From: an uncultured Candidatus Saccharibacteria bacterium
GTDB lineage: Bacteria > Patescibacteriota > Saccharimonadia > Saccharimonadales > JAGQNJ01
Reading direction: 5' to 3'
DNA: 42,538 bases
Assembly: GCA_964493895.1 (NCBI GenBank)
Contig: CAZBPY010000001.1
Span: 165,245-207,782, forward strand
Shown here piece after piece: positions 32,088 through 39,953 of the stretch (positions within the stretch are counted from its first letter, which is position 1; each line of letters opens with the position of its first letter). Below the pieces are notes generated by a model that did not search any database, was not told the DNA's origin, and saw only the letters and a list, made by a program, of their open reading frames with translations. A program made the position numbers and the translations under genes.

Positions 32088-32855
32088 ATGACAAAATCTG
32101 ATCAAACTATTGTAGAGGTTAGGGATCTTCGCAAGAAGTATGGCAAGAAGACCGTGGTCAAGGATATTAGTTTCTCTGTTAAAGAGGGTGAGATCTTCGG
32201 GATCCTAGGTCCGAACGGCGCCGGCAAAACTACAACTCTAGAAATGATTGAAACTCTGCGGCCGATTGACGGTGGTATTGCCACGCTAGCCGGACTTGAT
32301 GTAGCCAAACATCCAGAGCAGGTCAAAGCCCTGATTGGTGTTCAGCCGCAGTCACCGTCGTTCGAGGAAAAAACTAAGCTGACCGAACTGATCCGATTCT
32401 TTTCAGCTACATATGGTGAAATTGTTAACCCACGAAAGTTCTTAAAAAGTGTCCAGCTGGAGGATAAAGCCGATTCTTACGTCGAGCAGCTTTCTGGCGG
32501 CCAGAAGCAACGCTTTTCGATTGCTGCTGCCTTAGTCCATGGACCAAAAGTCTTTTTTTTGGACGAGCCGACCACTGGCCTTGACCCCCAGGCCAGGCGT
32601 AATTTGTGGGATTTAGTGCGCGACATCAAAAAGCGCGGCGTAACTGTTATCATCACAACCCACTACATGGACGAAGCAGAACTACTTTGTGATCGAGTGG
32701 CGATTATGGACGAGGGCAAAATTATTGCTTTAGATACGCCTAAAAAGCTTATCAAGAACTTGCTGGCCAAAGGTTTCAAGAAAGAGCAAGTTGTCGAACA
32801 GGCTAACTTAGAAGATGTCTTCATTGATCTTACTGGAAAGGATTTAAGGGAATAG
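32088..32855 (+). CDS. ABC transporter ATP-binding subunit (DrrA-like)
   Basis: GPNGAGKTT, LSGGQKQR, FFLDEPTTGLDPQAR, TTHYMDEAE. Confidence 0.96.
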   Translation: MTKSDQTIVEVRDLRKKYGKKTVVKDISFSVKEGEIFGILGPNGAGKTTTLEMIETLRPIDGGIATLAGLDVAKHPEQVKALIGVQPQSPSFEEKTKLTELIRFFSATYGEIVNPRKFLKSVQLEDKADSYVEQLSGGQKQRFSIAAALVHGPKVFFLDEPTTGLDPQARRNLWDLVRDIKKRGVTVIITTHYMDEAELLCDRVAIMDEGKIIALDTPKKLIKNLLAKGFKKEQVVEQANLEDVFIDLTGKDLRE

Positions 32856-32856
32856 C

Positions 32857-33975
32857 ATGAAACAAAAACTTCGCCGAGCATTTTTACCGGTTGTCGTGTA
32901 TGTGCCAATAGATATCCGTCGACTTTTTCGCGACAAAGTCGCAATTTTCTTTGTCTTTATTTTCCCGGTGATTTTCCTGTTTGTCTTTGGCGGTATATTC
33001 GGTGGCAGTGACAACGTTTCATTCAAGGTTGGACTAATCAATCAGTCTGAAAATGAATTTGCCAGACAGTTTGTAGAGCAGGCCAAGCAAACTTCAGTTC
33101 TGGATATTGATGAGGAGGTCACCAATATGGATCTAGCCCGCGAGAAAATGAACCGCAGCGAGATCAGTGCTACCCTGATATTACCGGAGAACTTTGGGCA
33201 AGTAGGCCAGGCTGGTTATCCAACAGGGGAGGTTACCGTGCTTTACGATCAAAATAACGAACAAGCCGGCCAAACTTTGCAAGCAGTTTTGGAATCGATG
33301 TTTGACGAAATCAACGCTCAGTTTGTCCAAAACCAAACTCCGTTTTCGGTGCGGACCGAGTCAACGGCCACAAAGGGCCTGACACGGTTCGATTACACCT
33401 TTGCCGGACTATTAGGCTTTACACTGTTGTCTCTGGGAATTTTCGGTCCGGTGAATGTCTTCCCCAGGCTAAAAGAGAAGGGCGTCTTGCGCCGCTATCA
33501 CACCACTACGCTCAAAGTCTGGCAGTATTTTACCGGTAACGTCATTTCTAATGCCTTTGTGGGGATCTTGGCTGTGGCAATTATGTTCCTGGTGGCAGTA
33601 CTGGTATTCGACCTGAATATGAGAGGCGATTATCTCAGTTTTGCGGCGGTAGTTATTATTGGGGTCACCACGCTGTTTGGTATTGGGTTAGCAGTTGGGG
33701 GCTGGGCTAAGAACGAAAAGCAGGCTGCGCCTCTGGCTCAACTGATTACATTCCCGATGATGTTTCTATCCGGTGTTTTCTTCCCAGTATTTCTAATGCC
33801 AGAGTGGCTACAATCTATTACGCGCTTTATTCCGCTGACACCAATCGTCGATAGTATTCGTCTGGTTGTGACTGAAGGTCAATCATTGTTAGATCTTGGT
33901 CCGCAACTAGCGATTATTAGTGGCTGGATTGTAGTGGTCTATGTACTGGCCTTCCGAGTTTTCCGCTGGGAGTGA
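32857..33975 (+). CDS. ABC-2 type exporter permease
   Basis: N-terminal TM, extracytoplasmic domain, five C-terminal TMs, PMMFLSGVFFP, IPLT. Confidence 0.93.
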   Translation: MKQKLRRAFLPVVVYVPIDIRRLFRDKVAIFFVFIFPVIFLFVFGGIFGGSDNVSFKVGLINQSENEFARQFVEQAKQTSVLDIDEEVTNMDLAREKMNRSEISATLILPENFGQVGQAGYPTGEVTVLYDQNNEQAGQTLQAVLESMFDEINAQFVQNQTPFSVRTESTATKGLTRFDYTFAGLLGFTLLSLGIFGPVNVFPRLKEKGVLRRYHTTTLKVWQYFTGNVISNAFVGILAVAIMFLVAVLVFDLNMRGDYLSFAAVVIIGVTTLFGIGLAVGGWAKNEKQAAPLAQLITFPMMFLSGVFFPVFLMPEWLQSITRFIPLTPIVDSIRLVVTEGQSLLDLGPQLAIISGWIVVVYVLAFRVFRWE

Positions 33976-34655
33976 CCAGATTTTTTAGCACGGCGATATT
34001 CGAAATACATTATAACCAACATTAACAAACCGCCAACTAGTCCGGCGGCGGCTGGAATCCATTGTTTGAGCCCTAGATTTACACCGCTCCAAAACCACAA
34101 AATGGCAAAGCCGCTGTAGGCGATCGATCGTCTAACTGGGGCACCATCGTCATCTTTCCAGGCGGCATGCACAGCCAGGCCAGCGACCAAGCCAGTAATA
34201 AACCAGCCGGCGAAATTTATAAACGGTATGCCCAGGAACGGCCCGCCGGCTTCCCAAACCCGCAGTCCCATGAACGATAAAGCTGGGTCAATAACGATGT
34301 TCATGGCAGCTAGCAAGACAGCTGCTAGTAAGATGCGTCCGGCTCCTTCAGTTAACTTGCTGGCTAGCCAAAAAGCTGCCAGAACCAGTGGCGTGTAGGC
34401 AAAAGCCATTGTCCAAGGCACTAGTCCCAATAGTTGATAACCCAGGGTATCGGCAAAGCTAAAATCACCAAACGGCAGCGAAAGTTGAATCCCGAGGCCA
34501 AGCAGGCCGCATAACAACGCTCCTAAAATCAGTAAAATTAACAGAGCTCGTCCAAAACCTTGTTGTCGAATTAGACCAAAATAACTGGGCATGGCGAACA
34601 ATACTATAGCTATGGCAGCAACCACTGGAGCCGCAGAATATAGGAGCTGTTCCAT
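33939..34655 (-). CDS. Carotenoid biosynthesis (CruF/DUF422-like) membrane protein
   Basis: LGYQLLGLVPW, VIDPAL, WEAGGPFLGIPFINFAGWF; start reassigned to MEQLLY. Confidence 0.75.
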   Translation of the reverse strand: MEQLLYSAAPVVAAIAIVLFAMPSYFGLIRQQGFGRALLILLILGALLCGLLGLGIQLSLPFGDFSFADTLGYQLLGLVPWTMAFAYTPLVLAAFWLASKLTEGAGRILLAAVLLAAMNIVIDPALSFMGLRVWEAGGPFLGIPFINFAGWFITGLVAGLAVHAAWKDDDGAPVRRSIAYSGFAILWFWSGVNLGLKQWIPAAAGLVGGLLMLVIMYFEYRRAKKSGHSQRKTRKAST

Positions 34656-34757
34656 TGATAATATTATGCCGATTGAGCTTAAATTTTCAAAGCGTTTTAT
34701 GGCCGACCATGACTGTCCGGCAATGGTCGGCTTGCCAGAATATGGTATAATATACTT

Positions 34758-35060
34758 ATGGCGGAACATGAACCGCTACTGGGTGGCGGAACACCAGAAA
34801 AAGAGCCTACACTAGGTCCTGAATTTGATGACTTTGATGCTGATAATGGCGAAAATTCTACTTTAGACCCCGAGGGATCAAATGCCACACAACTTAAACT
34901 ATTCTCTTATGTTGTAGAAGAAAGACCAGAATGGTGGATTGACGAGGAAACAAGAGCAATTGGCCGTAGCAATTTACCTGCCGCCAGAGAAGCTGCTAAA
35001 CTAGCAACTGAAAAAGCCATAAATCGTTATAAGCAAGCAGAAAATCAAGTAAATAGATAA
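34758..35060 (+). CDS. Hypothetical acidic protein (100 aa)
   Basis: TGgTATAAT 6 nt before the ATG; open frame leading into dus. Confidence 0.7.
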   Translation: MAEHEPLLGGGTPEKEPTLGPEFDDFDADNGENSTLDPEGSNATQLKLFSYVVEERPEWWIDEETRAIGRSNLPAAREAAKLATEKAINRYKQAENQVNR

Positions 35061-35068
35061 AGTAGCTG

Positions 35069-36097
35069 ATGTCAATTTGGAAAACATTACCAAAGCCGTT
35101 TTTTGCACTGGCTCCGATGGACGATGTGACTGATACGGTTTTTCGTCAAGTGATTGCCGAGCTGTCTAAGCCCGATTTATTCTTTACGGAATTCGTCAAT
35201 GTTGACGGTTTGCAAAGTCCTGGCCGGGAAAAGCTGCTGCCAAAGTTGCAATTTACTGATAATGAGCGGCCAATTATTGCTCAGACTTGGGGCAGGCTGC
35301 CGGCTAATTATGCCAAGACGGCCTACGAGCTGGTCAAAATGGGCTTCGTTGGTATTGATATCAATATGGGGTGTCCGGATAGGGCAGTAATCAAGAATGG
35401 TTGCTGCGCGGCGCTCATCGATAATAAGGAACTGGCCGGGGAAATCATCCGAGCCACTAGGGAAGGAGCCGAAAGGGCAGCCAGGGAACTGGATCTTCCC
35501 CACCGCTTCCCTATCTCTGTTAAAACTCGATTAGGTAACCGCCAACTAGACATGACCTGGCCTGAGTATTTATTACAACAAGACCTGGATGCCTTGATTG
35601 TTCATGGACGTTTAGCCAAAGATATGTCTAAATATCCGGCCGACTGGGGTAAAATAGGCGAAATTCGACAAATTCGCGACCGCCTCTCCCCCGACACCCT
35701 GATAATTGGCAACGGTGACGTTAAAGGCCGTCAGCATGGCCTGAAATTGGCCCAGCAATATGGGCTCGACGGTGTGATGATTGGTCGCGGCATTTTTGAT
35801 GATCCGTATGTATTTAGTGAACATTCGACTTGGTCTAATACATCTGCGGCTGAAAAATTAGATTTATATCGCCGCCATGTTGAGCTGTTCACTAAGACCT
35901 GGCAGCCCGGCCAGCGCAAAATTTATACGCTTAACAAGTTTTGCAAAATTTATGTCAATGGTTTTCCCAGAGCCAAAGACATGCGCCAGAAACTGATGTC
36001 AGCAAGTTCGACGGATGAACTTTTAGAACTTCTGAGCGTATTTAGCTCCCCACGCCGACATAGCCTTGACGACAGGCGTCAAGTCGCGGCCCTTTGA
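35069..36097 (+). CDS. dus: tRNA-dihydrouridine synthase
   Basis: LAPMDDVTD, FFTEFV, IDINMGCP, SVKTRLG, IVHGR, IGNGDV, GVMIGRG. Confidence 0.95.
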   Translation: MSIWKTLPKPFFALAPMDDVTDTVFRQVIAELSKPDLFFTEFVNVDGLQSPGREKLLPKLQFTDNERPIIAQTWGRLPANYAKTAYELVKMGFVGIDINMGCPDRAVIKNGCCAALIDNKELAGEIIRATREGAERAARELDLPHRFPISVKTRLGNRQLDMTWPEYLLQQDLDALIVHGRLAKDMSKYPADWGKIGEIRQIRDRLSPDTLIIGNGDVKGRQHGLKLAQQYGLDGVMIGRGIFDDPYVFSEHSTWSNTSAAEKLDLYRRHVELFTKTWQPGQRKIYTLNKFCKIYVNGFPRAKDMRQKLMSASSTDELLELLSVFSSPRRHSLDDRRQVAAL

Positions 36098-36340
36098 AGT
36101 CAGAGCATAGTTATATCGCGGCGGCCGCTGATTATAGAGCTGGCGAGTAATAATTCCTTCGGCCTGGAGGCGGTCCAGACGCTGACTGAGTGTGCGCGGG
36201 CTAATACCGGGCAGCTTTTTTTCAACGTCACAGAAACAGGAGGGGCCGCTGGTTAATTCATCGATAATCAGGGCAGTCCACCTATTCCCCAATATGTCGA
36301 TAGTAGTTTGCAACGAACCAGAGCCAAAAGTATTCTTCAT
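36023..36340 (-). CDS. HxlR-family winged-helix transcriptional regulator
   Basis: IDILGNRWTALII..L, LPGISPRTLSQRL..L...GII.R, PPRYNYALTSKGRDL.PV...M..WG; start 36340 (TATAAT 7 nt upstream) or 36346. Confidence 0.92.
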   Translation of the reverse strand: MKNTFGSGSLQTTIDILGNRWTALIIDELTSGPSCFCDVEKKLPGISPRTLSQRLDRLQAEGIITRQLYNQRPPRYNYALTSKGRDLTPVVKAMSAWGAKYAQKF

Positions 36341-36362
36341 AACCATAATTATACAAAAGTTA

Positions 36363-36399
36363 CTTTACAAAATATAGTAAGTCACTATACTTTGTAAAG
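36363..36399. promoter_or_regulatory. 37-bp palindromic operator between the HxlR gene and the FMN reductase
   Basis: CTTTACAAA-a-TATAGT-aagtc-ACTATA-c-TTTGTAAAG (15 of 16 arm positions complementary). Confidence 0.75.
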
Positions 36400-36439
36400 C
36401 GAGTAGAGGTGTTAGAATGTATAGGGAGGATTGAATTTT

Positions 36440-37003
36440 ATGAGCGCCAAAATCGGAATCATTGTCAGCACCACCCGCCCTACCCGGGTTGGCCGCCACG
36501 TTGCCGAATGGTTTATGGATCAAATCGCCGACAGGCAAGATTTGGAATTCGAACTGCTTGACCTCAAAGAATGGAATTTGCCGTTTCTAAGCGAACCAGA
36601 GTCGCCAGCTACAGGAAACTACACCTTAGAATCGACCAAAAAGTGGAGTGCTAAGATTGATAGTCTAGACGGCTTTATATTTGTGACAGCTGAATATAAT
36701 AATGGGCCGCCGGCTCCTATGAAGAATGCCATCGACACCATTTATCACGAGTGGGATCGAAAACCAGTGGCCTTTGTCGGCTACGGCGGCTACGGAGCCA
36801 CCCGGGCAGTCGAACAACTCGCCGATATCACAGCCAAGGTTGGCATGGTGCCGCTGACTAAAACTTTCGTCGGCCTATTGGAACCCTGGGATTCGGTTCT
36901 GGACGGCGAAATCAAAGAAGAATACGTCCGCGGCAATGTCGGCAAGATGATTGATAACTTGAAGTGGTGGGCCGAGACTTTGAAACAAGCCCGCTCGTCA
37001 TAA
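36440..37003 (+). CDS. NADPH-dependent FMN reductase family (flavodoxin-like; quinone/azo reductase)
   Basis: IVSTTRPTRVG, FVTAEYNNGPPAPMKNAID, KPVAFVGYGGYGATRA; GGGAGG SD. Confidence 0.93.
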   Translation: MSAKIGIIVSTTRPTRVGRHVAEWFMDQIADRQDLEFELLDLKEWNLPFLSEPESPATGNYTLESTKKWSAKIDSLDGFIFVTAEYNNGPPAPMKNAIDTIYHEWDRKPVAFVGYGGYGATRAVEQLADITAKVGMVPLTKTFVGLLEPWDSVLDGEIKEEYVRGNVGKMIDNLKWWAETLKQARSS

Positions 37004-37077
37004 GCCTATTGTAGATAAACCAAATCTTCTCTGTTATACTTCGAATGTTCGAGTCTTGGGTAGATTCTGAGACTTGC

Positions 37078-37153
37078 GGGGCGGTAGCTCAGTGGTTAGA
37101 GCAGTCGGCTCATAACCGATTGGCCGAAGGTTCAATTCCTTCCCGCCCCACCA
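37078..37153 (+). tRNA. tRNA with CAU anticodon (probably Ile2/lysidine; elongator Met not excluded), CCA encoded
   Basis: Acceptor GGGGCGG/CCGCCCC, D-arm GCTC/GAGC, anticodon arm GTCGG-CTCATAA-CCGAT, T-arm GAAGG-TTCAATT-CCTTC, A73, CCA. Not fMet (no C1:A72, no three G:C pairs in the anticodon stem). Confidence 0.95.
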
Positions 37154-37163
37154 CGCAAACACT

Positions 37164-37508
37164 CTATACTTTGCTGAAGAGTAAACAGACCATTTTCTTT
37201 CTGAGTACTTCTGATCTTTGTTGATCTGATCCTTCACCTAAATACATACCTTTAGCTTCTGCAGCAGGCAAGTAATTACTTACTTGCTCATAAAGGTTGG
37301 TCTGGTTTGTACTTAGCACACCATTCGGGGCCAGGATATAAATAACATCATAACCAAGCGGTAATTCTGAAGTTTCTTCACCAATAACCATTGTAGGCAT
37401 TTCTCCCAGTGATTCTGCGAAACGATTTGCCCTGCCCATTGTTTCAGGTGATCCAATTACTAGAACGTTTGTGTTGCGTATATCGTGGTTGAAATCTATC
37501 GGTATCAT
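37164..37508 (-). CDS. Cassette 1: hypothetical small alpha/beta protein (114 aa)
   Basis: Open frame; NVLVIG and DVIYILAP strands; start MIPIDF has TGaTAAACT 7 nt upstream. Confidence 0.65.
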   Translation of the reverse strand: MIPIDFNHDIRNTNVLVIGSPETMGRANRFAESLGEMPTMVIGEETSELPLGYDVIYILAPNGVLSTNQTNLYEQVSNYLPAAEAKGMYLGEGSDQQRSEVLRKKMVCLLFSKV

Positions 37509-37537
37509 CAGGGGTAGTTTATCAAGTGCTGTATTGT

Positions 37538-37690
37538 GGTTCAACGCTCTTTACCCTGTACCGCCAGCTCTGTTCAATTTGCACTAGGCCAGCTTCTCGA
37601 AGTTGCTTTGACCAATCAGATTTAGAGTTCGCTATCAACCACTCCGCGACAGTACCGAGAGGTTCAAAAGTCTTCGCTTTATCGCCACCA
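37538..37690 (+). repeat. Array repeat copy 1 (153 bp; 11-nt deletion removes the peptide stop codon)
   Basis: GGTTCAACGCTCTTTA ... GGTTCAAAAGTCTTCGCTTTATCGCCACCA. Confidence 0.93.
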
Positions 37691-37697
37691 CGGATTT

Positions 37698-38288
37698 TTA
37701 ACCACCGAGGCCAACTATTACCTCAATTGACCGACAATCATCGCCCTGGACACCTTCTTCAAAGTAGTGAATCCTTGAGTCCGCAGTTCCGTTAACGCCT
37801 GATGGTTCTAAATCAGATAGGTATGCGATTGCTTCACTTTTATGCTCGGGAGCAAGGGCCTGCATGGCATAACCAGATAGACAATCTGCGATTGCTTCTC
37901 GACGAGGACGAGTGGTTTCGATTTCTTGGCTAGTTACGTGTCCAAATTCATGACCAACGATAAAGTCAATTACACCATCAACTTCATCACCGTAGGTTTC
38001 TGCAAGAAAATCGAGAAACTTCTGCGTAAACTCAATGGTTGGTCCGCCATGCTCTTCTGGCACAAAGCAAGCATTAGCAAGCTTTCCGTTTAAGCAAGCT
38101 CCTGCATCATCTTCATCAAGCATATCAAGCTCAACATCAGTAGCATCTACACCACGGCTGACCCAGAAATCTTGATACCGCTCAAAGGCAGAGTCTAAGA
38201 TCGCTTGTGGTTTATCGCATGGGGCCGCTTCGCTACTTACACCAGCTAGGAGGGCGGTTGCTATAAGAACAGGAGCAAGTTTTCGCAT
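37698..38288 (-). CDS. Cassette 2: secreted neutral zinc metallopeptidase (YpfJ-like)
   Basis: Signal peptide; NACF, VGHEFGHV (HExxH), REAIADCLSG, GTADSRIHYFEEG. Confidence 0.82.
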   Translation of the reverse strand: MRKLAPVLIATALLAGVSSEAAPCDKPQAILDSAFERYQDFWVSRGVDATDVELDMLDEDDAGACLNGKLANACFVPEEHGGPTIEFTQKFLDFLAETYGDEVDGVIDFIVGHEFGHVTSQEIETTRPRREAIADCLSGYAMQALAPEHKSEAIAYLSDLEPSGVNGTADSRIHYFEEGVQGDDCRSIEVIVGLGG

Positions 38289-38334
38289 TAAATCTATTTT
38301 TTCACCGCATCGCTATAATGCAAGCATAAGCTTA

Positions 38335-38498
38335 GGTTCAACGCTCTTTATCTTACTCTTTTCTAGTACCGCCACATCTGTTCGACTGTAACCCTTGACA
38401 TCTCTTCCAACTGATTTGTCCAGTCAGGATTAGGGTGAGCAATCAGCCACTCTACGACAGACTTCAAAGGTTCAACACTCTTCGCTTTATCGCCACCA
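38335..38498 (+). repeat. Array repeat copy 2 (164 bp, intact)
   Basis: GGTTCAACGCTCTTTATC ... GGTTCAACACTCTTCGCTTTATCGCCACCA. Confidence 0.95.
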
Positions 38499-38541
38499 CA
38501 AAGTATTGCATTTTACATATAACTATGTTAAAATAATAAGC

Positions 38542-38805
38542 ATGGCACGATCGACAGCCGCACAGTCAGAGTTAGTCACGGTTCGTCTTACTGGCGATGA
38601 TATAACTACTGCAAAAGAACTAGCAATGATTGCTGATGTTACTGGCTCAAACTTCTCTAGAGAGGTACGGGCTGGTTTACAGATGCGATTAGATCAAATC
38701 AGACAAGATCCTGCAGACAGAGCGGCTATTATAGCTGGGGTTGTCGAGCAGCACAGGGTAGCTGAAGAGTTTTTGGGTGAAGAAATACATATACCTAGAA
38801 GCTAG
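38542..38805 (+). CDS. Cassette 3: small putative DNA-binding protein (ribbon-helix-helix-like)
   Basis: Beta-like LVTVRLT followed by two amphipathic helices; TTGCAT...TAAAAT promoter 7 nt before the ATG; the stop codon TAG overlaps repeat 3. Confidence 0.65.
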   Translation: MARSTAAQSELVTVRLTGDDITTAKELAMIADVTGSNFSREVRAGLQMRLDQIRQDPADRAAIIAGVVEQHRVAEEFLGEEIHIPRS

Positions 38806-38968
38806 GTTCAACGCTCTTTATCTTGTAGCTAATTAGTACCGCCAACTCTGTTCAATGGTCACCGAACCAGCTTCTTTGAGCTGTAATGACCAGGCGGGAC
38901 TAGGGTTCGCAATCATCCATTCCACAACAGAACTCAAAGGTTCAAAACTCTTCGCTTTATCGCCACCA
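38805..38968 (+). repeat. Array repeat copy 3 (164 bp, intact)
   Basis: GGTTCAACGCTCTTTATC ... GGTTCAAAACTCTTCGCTTTATCGCCACCA. Confidence 0.95.
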
Positions 38969-39011
38969 GATTCCACTGTCCGTTTCATCGTAATAGTGCT
39001 AATGTATACTC

Positions 39012-39707
39012 ATGGATAATCAACAAAATATTGCCCCTCAAACTCAAACTCAAACTGATCAAAACCTAAACCAACCAAAGCAGCCCCAGAATAAAAAGAA
39101 AATCATAGTAGTCTCACTCATTGCAATCCTAATTCTAGCTGCATTCGGGGGCTTATACTATTGGCAAAACAGCAAGAATAAAAATTTGCAAAAACAACTG
39201 GATGCTACAAAGGCTCAATTAGAAAAACAGCAAACTAAAACAGAGGTTAATGATATTCCAACCACGAAAGCACCTGTTGATCCTAACTATGCAGGCTGGG
39301 CACAAGTGACAAACGAAACCTTAAATCCAAATCAAATAGCACTTTACAAGAACGGCACAGCAACATTATCTGTGTATAGTAAAGAACCCATGATGAACCT
39401 AAGCTCTAATGCTCCTGGATACTGCACACTACAGAATGAGGCGTGGACACCTTCTGATAGGTGTAATAGTAGCATTACTGAGTCGACAGTTAATGGCATG
39501 AACGCATATACGGCATATGGAGGAGCTCTCGGCCGAACTAAATACTTAGTAGTAGTCCAGAGCAACAATCAGTGGTTCGTCTTTAGTGACTATCTTGATT
39601 ATGACCCAGATCCAACAAAGGACTCTAATGTAGAAATAAACCAGGACAAAGCTCAACTAGCAAGTTCAATGGAAAAGCTCGTTGCCAAAGTACTTCCGCA
39701 AAATTAG
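39012..39707 (+). CDS. Cassette 4: bitopic surface protein (Gln/Asn-rich tail, TM, coiled coil, small extracellular domain with a Cys pair)
   Basis: KKKIIVVSLIAILILAAFGGLYYW TM, then KNLQKQLDATKAQLEKQQ heptads. Confidence 0.82.
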   Translation: MDNQQNIAPQTQTQTDQNLNQPKQPQNKKKIIVVSLIAILILAAFGGLYYWQNSKNKNLQKQLDATKAQLEKQQTKTEVNDIPTTKAPVDPNYAGWAQVTNETLNPNQIALYKNGTATLSVYSKEPMMNLSSNAPGYCTLQNEAWTPSDRCNSSITESTVNGMNAYTAYGGALGRTKYLVVVQSNNQWFVFSDYLDYDPDPTKDSNVEINQDKAQLASSMEKLVAKVLPQN

Positions 39708-39709
39708 AT

Positions 39710-39839
39710 TTAGTATCTCCACACCTGTTCAATCTGCACTGAACTTGCTCCTTTGAGCTGTGACACCCATCCAGGCTAGGGTTAGAAATCAGCCAATCAA
39801 CTACACTAGCCAAAGGTTCAAAAACACATCTTTTTCACC
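39710..39839 (+). repeat. Array repeat copy 4 (degenerate: left site lost, -1 frameshift, CCACCA end eroded)
   Basis: Minus strand reads FEPLASVVDWLISNPS /frameshift/ GWVSQLKGASSVQIEQVWRY-stop. Confidence 0.88.
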
Positions 39840-39953
39840 TTCAGTAATTTTATAGGCTTGTTTCTTGCTATCCATGCGGTCTTTGTTATTTCGTAAAATT
39901 ATGCTTTTACGACAACTTTGAATAAACGCTGCATCAAGCTTATAGTTATGTGT

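Noticed and set aside
37034-37237. 67-aa minus-strand ORF
   Set aside because: It is the antisense reading of the tRNA gene
38314-38334. TATAAT pointing into repeat 2 as a promoter for a repeat-derived RNA
   Set aside because: No equivalent box at the same distance before the other copies; it may just be AT-rich upstream sequence of cassette 2
38335-38968. Repeats as tRNA-like or tmRNA-like RNA genes on the plus strand
   Set aside because: They end in GGTTCAA...CCACCA, but no conserved 5' strand pairs with the 3' end, and variation follows codon positions of the opposite strand
39625-39813. 62-aa minus-strand ORF
   Set aside because: It is the frameshifted read-through of repeat copy 4 into the antisense of cassette 4
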